Shown: positions 9,658-19,384 of the stretch, piece by piece
Layout of the letters: every line of letters begins with the position of its first letter
How positions within the stretch are numbered: the stretch's first letter is position 1
Position numbers and translations under genes: made by a program
Notes under the pieces: generated by a model
What the model saw: only the letters and a program-made list of their open reading frames with translations
Told to the model about the DNA's origin: nothing
Databases searched by the model: none
Assembly: GCA_000092065.1 (NCBI GenBank)
Contig: CP000581.1
Strand: one strand, 5' to 3'
Length of the DNA: 64,000 nt
From: Ostreococcus lucimarinus
Lineage: Eukaryota

Positions 9658-12606
9658 GTGCGCCAGCAGCCGCATCGCGCGCGCGTCGTCGTCGTCGTCG
9701 TCGAACCGTCGCGCTCTGCTGTCTCGTCACTCGCGCGCGCGCGATCGACCATGGTCACCGCGCTCGCGCCTCGCGACCGCGCGCGCGCGCCAGACGTGGA
9801 CGTCGACGAAGCGCGCGCGATAGCGAGCGATCGCGCGGACGCGGAGACGCTCACCGAGGGCGAACGCGTGGCGATCGTCCCGAAGGAATGGTTTGAAGCC
9901 TTCGCGCGGTCGTTCGCGGGCGCGACGTCGATGAAACGCGTGGACGGAGGCGAAGAGGGCGAGAGTGCGGTCGGGGCGATCGATACGCGCGAGTTGTTGC
10001 TCGCGACGGCGTCGACGACGGCGGTGCGGGCGGATGACGACGACGACGCGCGCGACGAGGCTATCCTGAAACCGGCGCTCGCCGAGGGCGTGGACTTTGA
10101 AATCGTGCGCGAGCGAGCGATGGTGAAGCTTGAGGGGTGGTACGGACACGTGGAAGGGTCGAGATCGATTTATAGGACGTGCGTGCGACGGGGGAGTGGG
10201 ATATACGTCGATGTGTATGGATTGGGGTTGGTGGCGAAATTCGGCGACGAGGAGCGAGCGGTGGAGGTGCGAAGGGAGAGCGCGGCGAGTGAGCTCGTGC
10301 GTGTGGTGAAGAAGGCGTTTGCGGCGCTAAAGGACGTGGATGATGCTGATGTGCGCGTGGCAGATTACTTGTACGGTAATCGAGGCGAAGTGCTGACGAG
10401 AAACCCGAGGAAGTTGTTGGAAGAATTTCACCTGTTGCCGGGACAGGAGGTTCTAGTGGAGACGAAATCCGCTGGCGGTTCGTGGAACGAAGACGAGGAT
10501 TCGGTCATAGCGTTGCCGGGAACGAGCGAAGATGAAGTTATGGAAGACACGACTTTTGGATGCGATGTGAGTTTGACGCCAAAGAACGACGTGACGACTT
10601 GCGCTGAGGAGGCAAAAGTAGGAACGAGGGGCAAAGCCGGACTGAGCAATCTCGGGAATACGTGCTTTATGAATAGCGCATTGCAGTGTCTCAGTCACTC
10701 TTCGCTTTTGACGGATTACTTTCTGTCCGATAAATACGAAGTGGACATTAATACGGACAATCCCATCGGTATGGGCGGGGAGCTGGCGAAGGAGTACGCG
10801 AATTTGATAGGCGCACTTTGGCGGGACGGCGCGCTCACGGTCACGCCGCGCAAGTTCAAGTCTTCCTTGGCTCGTTTCGCGCCTCAGTTCAGTGGATATA
10901 TGCAACAAGATGCACAAGAGCTGTTGGCGTTTTTACTAGATGGCTTGCACGAAGATTTAAATCGCGTCAAGAACAAACCGTACGCCACAGAGCGAGACGC
11001 GGAGGGAAGAAGCGACGAGGACGTTGCAAACGAATCTTGGGAAGCACACACGGCTCGCAACAATTCTTGCATCGTCGATACTTTTCAGGGTCAGTATCGA
11101 TCGAAGTTGGTTTGCCCGTCATGCAGCAACAAATCGGTCAAGTTCGATCCGTTCATGTACCTTTCCATTCCGGTCCCGTCGGCTCGTGAGCGCATGATTA
11201 AAGTCACACTCGTATCGTACGGCGACGAACTTTCTGCAATCACGTACGGTTTGAAACTGCCTAAGAATGGTGAGATTGCCATGTTACTTAGTGCTCTATG
11301 CGAAGCCGCTGATATCGATACGATGGACGAACGTGTGGTACTTTGCGAAGTGTACAATCATCGAATGGAAAAGACTCTTTCGAACATGTCCTACTCACTC
11401 ACAGACATCAGAGAACGCGACGTGATATACGCGCACCGCTTACCGGCGATAAAAGACAACGACAACGTGGAAACAGTCGACACCGTTCTTGTGCACAGAA
11501 AAGAGTTGAATCAAAACAAGACGCCGTATTCGCACGTTAGCTCCGTGGCGGCGACGACGATGGTCCGATTTGGCTTTCCGTGGATCGTTCCAGTGAGCGT
11601 GCCAAAAGGCACGAAGGCTGGTCCCGACCACGCGAGATTCGTAGAGAAGGAGGTGGAAAAGTTTAGCGCAAAGTTTGCACACACAAATTCGATGGAGAAA
11701 TCGTGTTCGCCTACCACGAGCGGCGATACAGAAGGAAGTGCGTCTCGACGCGCCGTCGCAGAAAAGGACTCTCGACTCTTCAAAATGAAGTACACGAATA
11801 AGAGCGCCTCGGCATCGTTCCACGAGTATGGTTCAACGACCGCATCGACGTCGGACTCGCACGAAATGCAGTACACCATCGCCTCCTCCATGCATTGCGT
11901 TGCGATAGACTGGTCTTCGAAGGCTCTGAGCCAGTTCTTTGACGAAGAATTGTTGGAGCGTGAAATCGAGGAGCACCCAAGCGTGACGGAGAACGCGATT
12001 GAGAACAGCGGGACTCAAGGCACACCACTAGCGTCGTGCATCGAGTCTTTCATTCAAGAAGAGCCGCTCGGTAAGGATGACATGTGGTATTGCAAGCAGT
12101 GCAAGGACCACGTCCAGGCGATGAAAAAGCTCGATTTGTGGCGCATGCCGCCGATTCTCGTCATGCACCTCAAGCGTTTCAGCTACAGTCGAACGTGGCG
12201 AGATAAGATCGATACGTTGATTGATTTTCCACTCAACACGCTTGACATGACGCCTTACGTACTCCCGAACGCTTCCAGTGGGCCGGCGCCGATTTATGAC
12301 TTGTACGCGGTGGTGAACCACTTTGGCGGCATGGGCGGCGGTCATTACACCGCGTACACGAGACACGCCGAGGAGGGCACGTGGCACTTGTACGACGATA
12401 GTCGTTGTACCGCAGTAGACGTCGGTGCGGCGCTGAACAACAGCGCGGCTTACGTCTTGTTCTACAAGCGCCGCGACGTCCCGATGCGCCAAGCCATGTC
12501 TCGCGCCGGCTCGCTGTGCAACATGGCCGCCATGGACAGCGTCGCGAACACGCGTACCCCATGCGACGACGACGACGACGAACCTAGAGAAATGGAACTC
12601 AACTAG
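9658..12606 (+). CDS. Ubiquitin carboxyl-terminal hydrolase with DUSP-UBL-USP architecture, USP4/11/15-like.
   Basis: An N-terminal DUSP-like stretch reads VAIVPKEWFEAFARSF. The Cys box is GLSNLGNTCFMNSALQCLSHS, with QQDAQELLAFLLDGLHEDLN, and the His box is YDLYAVVNHFGGMGGGHYTAYTRH. An alternative start is the Met at 9751. Confidence 0.9.
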   Translation: MRQQPHRARVVVVVVEPSRSAVSSLARARSTMVTALAPRDRARAPDVDVDEARAIASDRADAETLTEGERVAIVPKEWFEAFARSFAGATSMKRVDGGEEGESAVGAIDTRELLLATASTTAVRADDDDDARDEAILKPALAEGVDFEIVRERAMVKLEGWYGHVEGSRSIYRTCVRRGSGIYVDVYGLGLVAKFGDEERAVEVRRESAASELVRVVKKAFAALKDVDDADVRVADYLYGNRGEVLTRNPRKLLEEFHLLPGQEVLVETKSAGGSWNEDEDSVIALPGTSEDEVMEDTTFGCDVSLTPKNDVTTCAEEAKVGTRGKAGLSNLGNTCFMNSALQCLSHSSLLTDYFLSDKYEVDINTDNPIGMGGELAKEYANLIGALWRDGALTVTPRKFKSSLARFAPQFSGYMQQDAQELLAFLLDGLHEDLNRVKNKPYATERDAEGRSDEDVANESWEAHTARNNSCIVDTFQGQYRSKLVCPSCSNKSVKFDPFMYLSIPVPSARERMIKVTLVSYGDELSAITYGLKLPKNGEIAMLLSALCEAADIDTMDERVVLCEVYNHRMEKTLSNMSYSLTDIRERDVIYAHRLPAIKDNDNVETVDTVLVHRKELNQNKTPYSHVSSVAATTMVRFGFPWIVPVSVPKGTKAGPDHARFVEKEVEKFSAKFAHTNSMEKSCSPTTSGDTEGSASRRAVAEKDSRLFKMKYTNKSASASFHEYGSTTASTSDSHEMQYTIASSMHCVAIDWSSKALSQFFDEELLEREIEEHPSVTENAIENSGTQGTPLASCIESFIQEEPLGKDDMWYCKQCKDHVQAMKKLDLWRMPPILVMHLKRFSYSRTWRDKIDTLIDFPLNTLDMTPYVLPNASSGPAPIYDLYAVVNHFGGMGGGHYTAYTRHAEEGTWHLYDDSRCTAVDVGAALNNSAAYVLFYKRRDVPMRQAMSRAGSLCNMAAMDSVANTRTPCDDDDDEPREMELN

Positions 12607-12704
12607 AACGTAATACCTTTTGAAGCCAAAGTAATAGCTCGCCAAAGCCGCCGCCGCTCGAGCCGTCGCGCGTCGTCGTCGCGTCACTCGCGACCTCGCG
12701 CGCG

Positions 12705-13925
12705 ATGTCCGTCGTCGTCGACGACGACGGCGACGCTCCGGCGCCATCGCCACTAAAATTTCGAATCATCGCCACGGACGGTCGCGCTCGCGCGACGTCG
12801 CTGACGCTTCCGCATCACGAATGTTTCACGCCGATGTTCATGCCCGTCGGTACGCAAGGCTCGGTGAAAGGCTTGACGAGCGCGCAGCTGGAGGCGATCG
12901 AGTGCCAGGTGATTCTCGGGAACACGTATCACTTGGGAAATCGCCCCGGGGCGGACGTGCTCGCCAAAGCCGGCGGTCTGCACGGGTTCATGAACTGGCG
13001 TCGAGCGATGCTCACCGACAGCGGCGGGTTCCAGATGGTGTCGCTGCTTGATTTAGCGGATATCACCGAGGAAGGGGTGACGTTTCAAAGCCCGACCGAT
13101 GGGAAACAGATGTTACTCACGCCCGAGCGAAGTATTCACATACAGAACGATATAGGGGCGGATATCATCATGGCGTTGGACGACGTGGTGTCGAGCGTGA
13201 CGGCGGACCGAGCGAGGTTCGAGGAGGCAACGCATAGAACGACGCGGTGGATAGATAGATGCATCGCGGCGCACAAGCGACCGCACGAACAGTGCTTGTT
13301 CGGCATCGTGCAGGGGGGGTTAGACTTAGATTTGAGAGATGTATCGCTGGAAGGGTTGTTGGCGCGCGGCGACGCGTTGCCGGGCATGGCGGTGGGCGGT
13401 TTAGCTGGCGGCGAGTCCAAGGAAGATTTCGTGCGCGTCGTGTCGCACTGCACGGCGAAGTTACCCGATCACAAACCAAGATACGTCATGGGCGTGGGCT
13501 ATCCGTTGGATTTAGTGTTGTGCACCGCGCTCGGGGCGGACATGTACGACTGCGTGTACCCGTCGCGCACGGCGCGATTCGGCACGGCGCTCGTGCCCGA
13601 GGGCGTTCTTCGACTGAAGAGCTCCGCTCTCGAACACGACCACCGGCCTATCGACGAAACGTGCGACTGTTTGACGTGCAAAACGTACACGCGCGCGCAA
13701 ATGCACGCCATCGCGACGAAGGAGCCTCGCGCGGCGCAGTTGCTCACGATTCACAACTTGCGCTATCAAATGCGTCTCTGCGCCGCGATGCACCACGCCA
13801 TCGTCGAGCAACGTTTCGCCGATTTCGTTCGAGATTTCATCGAGAAGCAGTATCCCGACGACACCGCCCCACCGTGGGTGCGTCAAGCGTTGGAGTACGC
13901 CGGAATTACCCTTCGCGTCGCGTGA
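12705..13925 (+). CDS. QTRT1: Queuine tRNA-ribosyltransferase catalytic subunit.
   Basis: PMFMPVGTQGSVKGLT, LGNTYHLGNRPG, LTDSGGFQMVSL and the zinc site CDCLTCKTYTRAQMH align with QTRT1 over the full length. Confidence 0.9.
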   Translation: MSVVVDDDGDAPAPSPLKFRIIATDGRARATSLTLPHHECFTPMFMPVGTQGSVKGLTSAQLEAIECQVILGNTYHLGNRPGADVLAKAGGLHGFMNWRRAMLTDSGGFQMVSLLDLADITEEGVTFQSPTDGKQMLLTPERSIHIQNDIGADIIMALDDVVSSVTADRARFEEATHRTTRWIDRCIAAHKRPHEQCLFGIVQGGLDLDLRDVSLEGLLARGDALPGMAVGGLAGGESKEDFVRVVSHCTAKLPDHKPRYVMGVGYPLDLVLCTALGADMYDCVYPSRTARFGTALVPEGVLRLKSSALEHDHRPIDETCDCLTCKTYTRAQMHAIATKEPRAAQLLTIHNLRYQMRLCAAMHHAIVEQRFADFVRDFIEKQYPDDTAPPWVRQALEYAGITLRVA

Positions 13926-14010
13926 CGCCTTGTAGCGCGCACCTTTGCCCGTCGTCAGAGCGTCGCCTTTGCTCCCGCACACGTCGCCTCGCGTCGTCGT
14001 CTCGCCACGC

Positions 14011-14502
14011 ATGGGCGCCGCGAAATCGAAATCAGCGTCCATCGTGAACGCGTCGAAACCCGCGCGCGCGCTCCCTCGTCCCGGCGCGACGCCCATCGCG
14101 CCGTACGTCCCGCCCGACACTTTCGTCCAGGCGTCCCCGGTCGACGACGCGCGAGCCGACGACACCGCGCTGCGCGAGATGATGTCCAAGCTCGTCGTGC
14201 GCACCACCGATGTCTCCGCGGAGGACTACGGCTACGCCCCGTCGCCAGCGAGCGCGGTGAAGCGAAGGGAACCGCCGGGGACGGAGGCGCTGCTGAAGCC
14301 GCGCGACGTCGCCGAAGCGCTCGAGCGACACCGCGCGAGCGCGTTCTCAGACGCGATCGTGGAAGAGATCGCGCGAGAACGACGCGGAAAGTTAGATTCA
14401 AAAGTGCTGGGGCTGATGATGAAGCACGTGCGCGCGCACGCGTACGCGGAGGAGGAGGACGAGCGGCGGCCGGGCGGGACGCTGCGCGTCGGGAGATGGT
14501 AG
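14011..14502 (+). CDS. Hypothetical protein with an N-myristoylation-type N-terminus (MGAAKSKS).
   Basis: The ORF is 13945..14502 and the internal ATG at 14011 gives MGAAKSKSASIV (an MGxxxS motif). Third-codon positions are coding-like. No family was recognised. Confidence 0.4.
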   Translation: MGAAKSKSASIVNASKPARALPRPGATPIAPYVPPDTFVQASPVDDARADDTALREMMSKLVVRTTDVSAEDYGYAPSPASAVKRREPPGTEALLKPRDVAEALERHRASAFSDAIVEEIARERRGKLDSKVLGLMMKHVRAHAYAEEEDERRPGGTLRVGRW

Positions 14503-14725
14503 CGCGTCGACGCCGTCGGAAACGGCGATGGACGCGCGAGCGATGGTGGAAGAGAAACCGTATTTCGCGTCATCGATCGATGCGTTCGTAGTACTTGTAG
14601 GTAGCATTCATAGTTGTCATCGTTCCTTCGCGCGGCGCGTCGTCGGTTGCCGCCGCCCGCCGAGGCGCTCGCGTCGCGACACACTCGCGCGCGCGATCGG
14701 TCGACGTCCACGGTCCCGCGCTGAG

Positions 14726-15587
14726 ATGACTAAAACGGGCGTGCGCGTAGATCGCGCCGCCGGCGCCGCGCACGCCGTCGTGTGGCTCGAACGCGAGCCC
14801 GTCAACTCGATGACGTTGGAATTCTGGCGCGCGCTCGCGGACGCGCTGACAGCGCTCGAGAACGACGCTACGGTGCGCGCGACGCGCGCGCGAGGCAAAG
14901 ATGGGAAGACTGACGGTGCGCGCTCGCGTCGAACAGGTGCACGGGGTGATTTTCGCCAGCGGGTTGCGACGGTCGGTGTTCACGGCTGGGAACGACATCG
15001 CGGAGCTGTACGCGCCGAAGACGACGTGGAAACGATACCGAGAATTCTGGCTCACGCAGACGACTTTTTTGTCTAGACTGTTGAGCACTAGATTGGCGAC
15101 GGTGTGCGCGATTCGAGGCGCGTGCCCGGCGGGAGGATGCGTCGTGGCGCTGTGTTGCGATTATCGGTTGCAGACGACGAGCGGGTCGCTCGGGCTGAAC
15201 GAAGTCGCGTTGGGTATCGCGGTGCCACAGTATTGGGCCGAGTTGTTTCTGTATCGATGTATCGATCGTGTGAAGGGAGAGAGCTTACTGCAGCGTGGGG
15301 TTTTAGTGCGACCTTTAGAGGCGCAAAGTCTTGGATTAATCGACGAAGTCGTCGGCGAAGGCGCGCTCATGTCGGCGGCGGCGAGCGCCATGGAACGCTA
15401 CTTGAAGCTTCCTTCGAGCGCGCGGGCGACGACTAAGCGGACGATTCGTTCACATTTCAGCGCATCGTGGGCGGCATACGCGGAAGAGGAGGCGAAGGGA
15501 GGATGGAAGATGTTGAATGAGCCGCACATCGTCAAGGCACTCGGGGGGGTATTGATGAAATTGAGCGGTGGGAAAGCAAAGCTGTAG
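14726..15587 (+). CDS. ECI: Delta3,delta2-enoyl-CoA isomerase (crotonase fold), two exons 14726..14872 and 14937..15587.
   Basis: Two track ORFs in different frames (14528..15076 and 14901..15587) are joined by a 64-nt GT..AG intron at 14873..14936. The joined product LENDAT|VHGVIFASGLRRSVFTAGNDIAELY aligns without a gap to ECI1 (LENDKSFRGVILTSDRPGVFSAGLDLTEM). It also carries AIRGACPAGGCVVALCCDYR. An alternative start is the Met at 14528. Confidence 0.7.
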
Positions 15588-15689
15588 AAGCGCCTAATGC
15601 AATGCAAGTTTCTAATATCAAATTAAATGTACTGTAAACTGTAACCTCGTAAATCGCATACCGCAAACGCGTGATTAAATTGTGAGTGA

Positions 15690-18600
15690 TTACTTTTTCG
15701 GGGAAGTCGCCTCATCGACGAGGTACACCAACCCGCGGAAGGGGACGCCGTCCGCGTGGTTGGAGAGGTTCACTTCGCACGTGCGGCTAGTGGAGTAGCC
15801 ATCGGTACAACCCTTAGGGAGGTTCATGTAGCCCAAGGCAGAGTCGGTGATTTCGGGGTATCGCATACCGCGATCACCAGCCATACCGCAACACGGGATA
15901 CCGGAGCCGGAGACCTCGTCGGCGCACTTGCTCGCCAACTTCATAAAGGTTTGCTCGACGCCCATCTTCTTCGACGAGCACGGCACGTGCACGGCGATGT
16001 GCTTCTTCACCTTGTTCCATTCGAGCTTATCGATAAGGTGGTTGGCGATGAACTCAGACGGCTCGTAAAGCGCGAAACGAAGCTCAGGGCTTTCGAGTTG
16101 CTCCTTGATCTGCGCCAAGCACGGAGACGTGTCGACAATGATCGGGTACTTGCCCCCTTCGGAAGCCTTCAAGAGCGCTTGCTCGAGATCGTAACCCTTA
16201 GCTAAAGATTGGTCCTTGAGACCACGAGAGTTGAAGATCATCCCGCAGCATTGGGAGTTGAGACCTTCGGGGTAAACAACTTCGTACTTGGCCTTATCCA
16301 AGATGCTCATCATCGCGTCGGCAACGCCGCCGTTCGCTTCTTCGCCCTTCACCGGACCCATCATGCGAGTCACGCACGACGGCAAGTAAACCACCTTGCG
16401 AGGAATACCCTTGGACGGTGCCGCGTCGGCACGCGCCGGAAGCGGCGCCGGAAGCTTGGGAGCACCAGTGGGCATGTACGGGTTCCAAACCGGAATCATG
16501 GCGCCCGAAGCCTTGTTCAACATCTTCGAGACGCCCTTCAACACACCTTCACCGAGGATACCGTGCGCCATAGAGACCGTGTTCAAGAGCGGCGGCACCA
16601 CAGACGTGGCGGCACCAAAGTTGCGCGCGACCATGCCAGCCATGGACTTGGCCGATCGCGCGGTTTCCATCTCGCGGTTGCGGATGCTCTTGACGAGCTC
16701 GCCGGTGTTGATGCCAACCGGGCACTTCACTTCACACATACCATCAGCTGCGCACGTGCTGTTACCAGCGTACGCGAAGATGTCAAGGAATTCGTCCAAT
16801 CGGCTCTGGTCTTCCTTCGTGCGAGTGTTCGGTTCAATCGCCTGGAGGCGAGAGATTTCGCGGTACACGGTGATGCGCTGTCGCGGCGTGAGCGAGACGT
16901 CGCGAGTCGGGCAGTTGGATTCGCAGAAGCCACACTCCATGCACATGTCGACGATGGGATCGGCGACCGGCTTGGGCTTGAGGTTCTTCTCGTGCACGTG
17001 CGGATCTCTGTTGAGGATGACACCCGGGTTCAACACGTAGTTCGGGTCGAAGAGCTCCTTCAACTCCCACATGATGTCGTACGCCTTGGTACCCCACTCC
17101 ATCTCCACGAACGGCGCAACGTTACGACCGGTACCGTGCTCAGCCTTGAGGCTGCCCTGGTACTTGACGGCGACGATTTCGCACATCTCTTGCATCATCG
17201 CCGAGTACATCTTGACTTCTTCGTCGGTTCGGAAACCTTGAGAGAAAACCAAGTGCAAGTTGCCCTCCAGGGCGTGACCCATGCAAGACGCATCGTCGTA
17301 TCCAAACTTTTCAAACATGGCGATCAAGTCTTTCGTCATGTTACCGAGCTTGTCGACTTCGCACGCGACGTCTTCGATGAGCACAGACGTACCGGCTTCG
17401 CGGCTGGAACCGACCATCGGGATGAGACCCTTGCGGACGTCCCAGTACACCTTGTAAACGTCTTCCTCCTTGCTGAAGGGGTACTTTTCCGTGCGCGGGT
17501 GCAAGAATCGCACACCAGCGTTGTCGATGGACTTCTCGACGGCAGAGATACCTTTGTTCAGCTCTTCATCCGTCGCACCTCGGCACTCGATGAGAAGCGC
17601 GGCGCCGTACTTGGGCGCCTCCTTAATCGTCGGCACCAAGTTCATGATCTTTTCGTGACCTTCGCACTGCGTCAGCGAGGCACGATCGAACAACTCGACG
17701 GCATCGACGTCGGTTTCCCGACGTAACACGGCCGCAGCCTTGCACGCATCCTCGACGTCTTGGAACACGATGAACGCGCTCGCCTTGTGCGGGTGGTCGA
17801 CGACGGTCTTGTACGTCGCCTGGCTCACGAAACCGAGCGTACCTTCGCTGCCAATCATCAAACGCTTGATGATTTCGATCGGGTCGTCCACCGGGTGATC
17901 CACCAAGGCGTTGATGGAGTAACCAGTGGTGCACTTGATGGCGAACTTCTTCTTGATGAGCGCGGTGAGCTCCTCGTCCGCTTGCACGCGGCGCGCGAGC
18001 GCTTGCACACCCTCGACGAGCGGCTTGTGCGTGCGCATGAAAGATTCGCGGCTGGCTTGGTCGGACGTGTCGAGAACGGTACCGTCGACGAAGACGATGC
18101 GCATGTCCTTGAGCGTGTGGTAGGTGTTTTGAGACACGCCGCAGCACATGCCCGAGGAGTTGTTCGCGACGACGCCGCCAATCATGCACGAGTCGATGGA
18201 CGACGGATCGGGACCCATCTTGTACTGAACGTCGTGACCACCCTTGATTTTGTGTGCTTGAAGTAATCGGTTGACTTCACCCAAAATCAATCCCGGTTCG
18301 ACGGTAATTTCGCTCCCGTCCCCCTTGATTTCGTACTTTCTGAAATTCTGCCCCGTGTGCGACAGCTTGAGCAAGATGGAGTCCGACACCGCTTGACCCG
18401 AGAGCGAGGTCCCGGCGGCTCGGAAAGTCACCGGCGTTTCATTTTCTGCCGCGACGGGCAAAACCTTCTTCACCTCGGTCTCGTTGTGGATCTTCACCAC
18501 CGCCTGCGGCAGGAGACGATAAAACGAGGCGTCCGTCCCGTACGCGAACGTCTTCACCGGATCGGTGTAAATGCGTTCCTCGGGAATGATGCTCTTGATG

Positions 18601-19103
18601 TCGTTCTGAAACTTGGTATATCTCCCATCGTTCACCCGCATGCCGTCCGCGTTCTCGTACACCTTGTTCGTCAACGGCTTCACCGGGTACACCCCCGTCT
18701 CCACCGTCCCCGCGAGCCCGTAATCGATCGATTTGACCGTCGTCGCCGCCGCCGGCGACGCCTTCGCCCGCGCCGTCTCCCGTCCCGGCGCGCGCAGCGC
18801 ACCATTCACCGGCTTCGCGTCGCCTCGCACGCCTCGTCGCGCGTGCACCGACCGCTTCGCATCGCTCGTCTTCATTCGCCGCGACGTCGGCATGACGCCC
18901 CCTGTGCTTCGCGTCGTCGCGCGATCGACGCCCGTCTTCACCGTCGCCGACGTGCTCGCGCCGAGCGCTTTCGCACCGCGCGCGATGACATCGCGCACGA
19001 CGTCGTGCCGTCGTCCCATCGCGGAGAACCCGTCACCACTCGCGCGCGCGCGTCGCGCGATGCCGCGCCCGTCGGCGTCGTCGCGTCGCCGTCGCGACGT
19101 CAT
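15690..19103 (-). CDS. Fused FAD-linked oxidase / 4Fe-4S / CCG-domain dehydrogenase, an algal-type glycolate (D-lactate) dehydrogenase with GlcD and GlcF fused.
   Basis: FAD_binding_4 (VVKIHNETEVKKVLPVAAENETPVTFRAAGTSLSGQAV) and an FAD-oxidase C-terminal domain are present. The ferredoxin motif is CMECGFCESNCPTRD and CCG motifs include CCGMAGDRG. The ~1100-aa fused architecture is the one known for Chlamydomonas glycolate dehydrogenase. The Arg-rich N-terminus is a possible mitochondrial presequence or an over-extension. Confidence 0.85.
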   Translation of the reverse strand: MTSRRRRDDADGRGIARRARASGDGFSAMGRRHDVVRDVIARGAKALGASTSATVKTGVDRATTRSTGGVMPTSRRMKTSDAKRSVHARRGVRGDAKPVNGALRAPGRETARAKASPAAATTVKSIDYGLAGTVETGVYPVKPLTNKVYENADGMRVNDGRYTKFQNDIKSIIPEERIYTDPVKTFAYGTDASFYRLLPQAVVKIHNETEVKKVLPVAAENETPVTFRAAGTSLSGQAVSDSILLKLSHTGQNFRKYEIKGDGSEITVEPGLILGEVNRLLQAHKIKGGHDVQYKMGPDPSSIDSCMIGGVVANNSSGMCCGVSQNTYHTLKDMRIVFVDGTVLDTSDQASRESFMRTHKPLVEGVQALARRVQADEELTALIKKKFAIKCTTGYSINALVDHPVDDPIEIIKRLMIGSEGTLGFVSQATYKTVVDHPHKASAFIVFQDVEDACKAAAVLRRETDVDAVELFDRASLTQCEGHEKIMNLVPTIKEAPKYGAALLIECRGATDEELNKGISAVEKSIDNAGVRFLHPRTEKYPFSKEEDVYKVYWDVRKGLIPMVGSSREAGTSVLIEDVACEVDKLGNMTKDLIAMFEKFGYDDASCMGHALEGNLHLVFSQGFRTDEEVKMYSAMMQEMCEIVAVKYQGSLKAEHGTGRNVAPFVEMEWGTKAYDIMWELKELFDPNYVLNPGVILNRDPHVHEKNLKPKPVADPIVDMCMECGFCESNCPTRDVSLTPRQRITVYREISRLQAIEPNTRTKEDQSRLDEFLDIFAYAGNSTCAADGMCEVKCPVGINTGELVKSIRNREMETARSAKSMAGMVARNFGAATSVVPPLLNTVSMAHGILGEGVLKGVSKMLNKASGAMIPVWNPYMPTGAPKLPAPLPARADAAPSKGIPRKVVYLPSCVTRMMGPVKGEEANGGVADAMMSILDKAKYEVVYPEGLNSQCCGMIFNSRGLKDQSLAKGYDLEQALLKASEGGKYPIIVDTSPCLAQIKEQLESPELRFALYEPSEFIANHLIDKLEWNKVKKHIAVHVPCSSKKMGVEQTFMKLASKCADEVSGSGIPCCGMAGDRGMRYPEITDSALGYMNLPKGCTDGYSTSRTCEVNLSNHADGVPFRGLVYLVDEATSPKK

Positions 19104-19384
19104 CGCGCGCGCGATGGGTCGATCGCGGCGCGCGAACCTCGATCGCGCGGGTCGATCTCGATCGCGCGCGTTATCGGAACGGAAGGCCCCCTATCGTCGA
19201 AATCCGCGCGCGATCGCGCGTATTCTACGTGTAACGAACGGGATTAAAATCAATGCGTCATGCGCGTAATCATGCACGACGATAAAACCGCGCGGCGCGG
19301 GATCGGGCGGTCGGTCGCCGCGCGCGACTCCACGCGCGCGCGCGCGCGACGCCGCACTCTTCGCATCCGACGACTATCGACACG

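Noticed and set aside
12028-12753. 241-aa minus-strand ORF antisense to the USP C-terminus.
   Set aside because: It is fully contained in and antisense to a strongly supported USP His-box region. It has an Arg-rich start and no recognisable motifs.
16209-17726. 505-aa plus-strand ORF, and others at 17760-18266 and 18357-19247, antisense to glycolate dehydrogenase.
   Set aside because: They are antisense to a gene with dense conserved motifs. The products are Arg/His/Val-rich nonsense.
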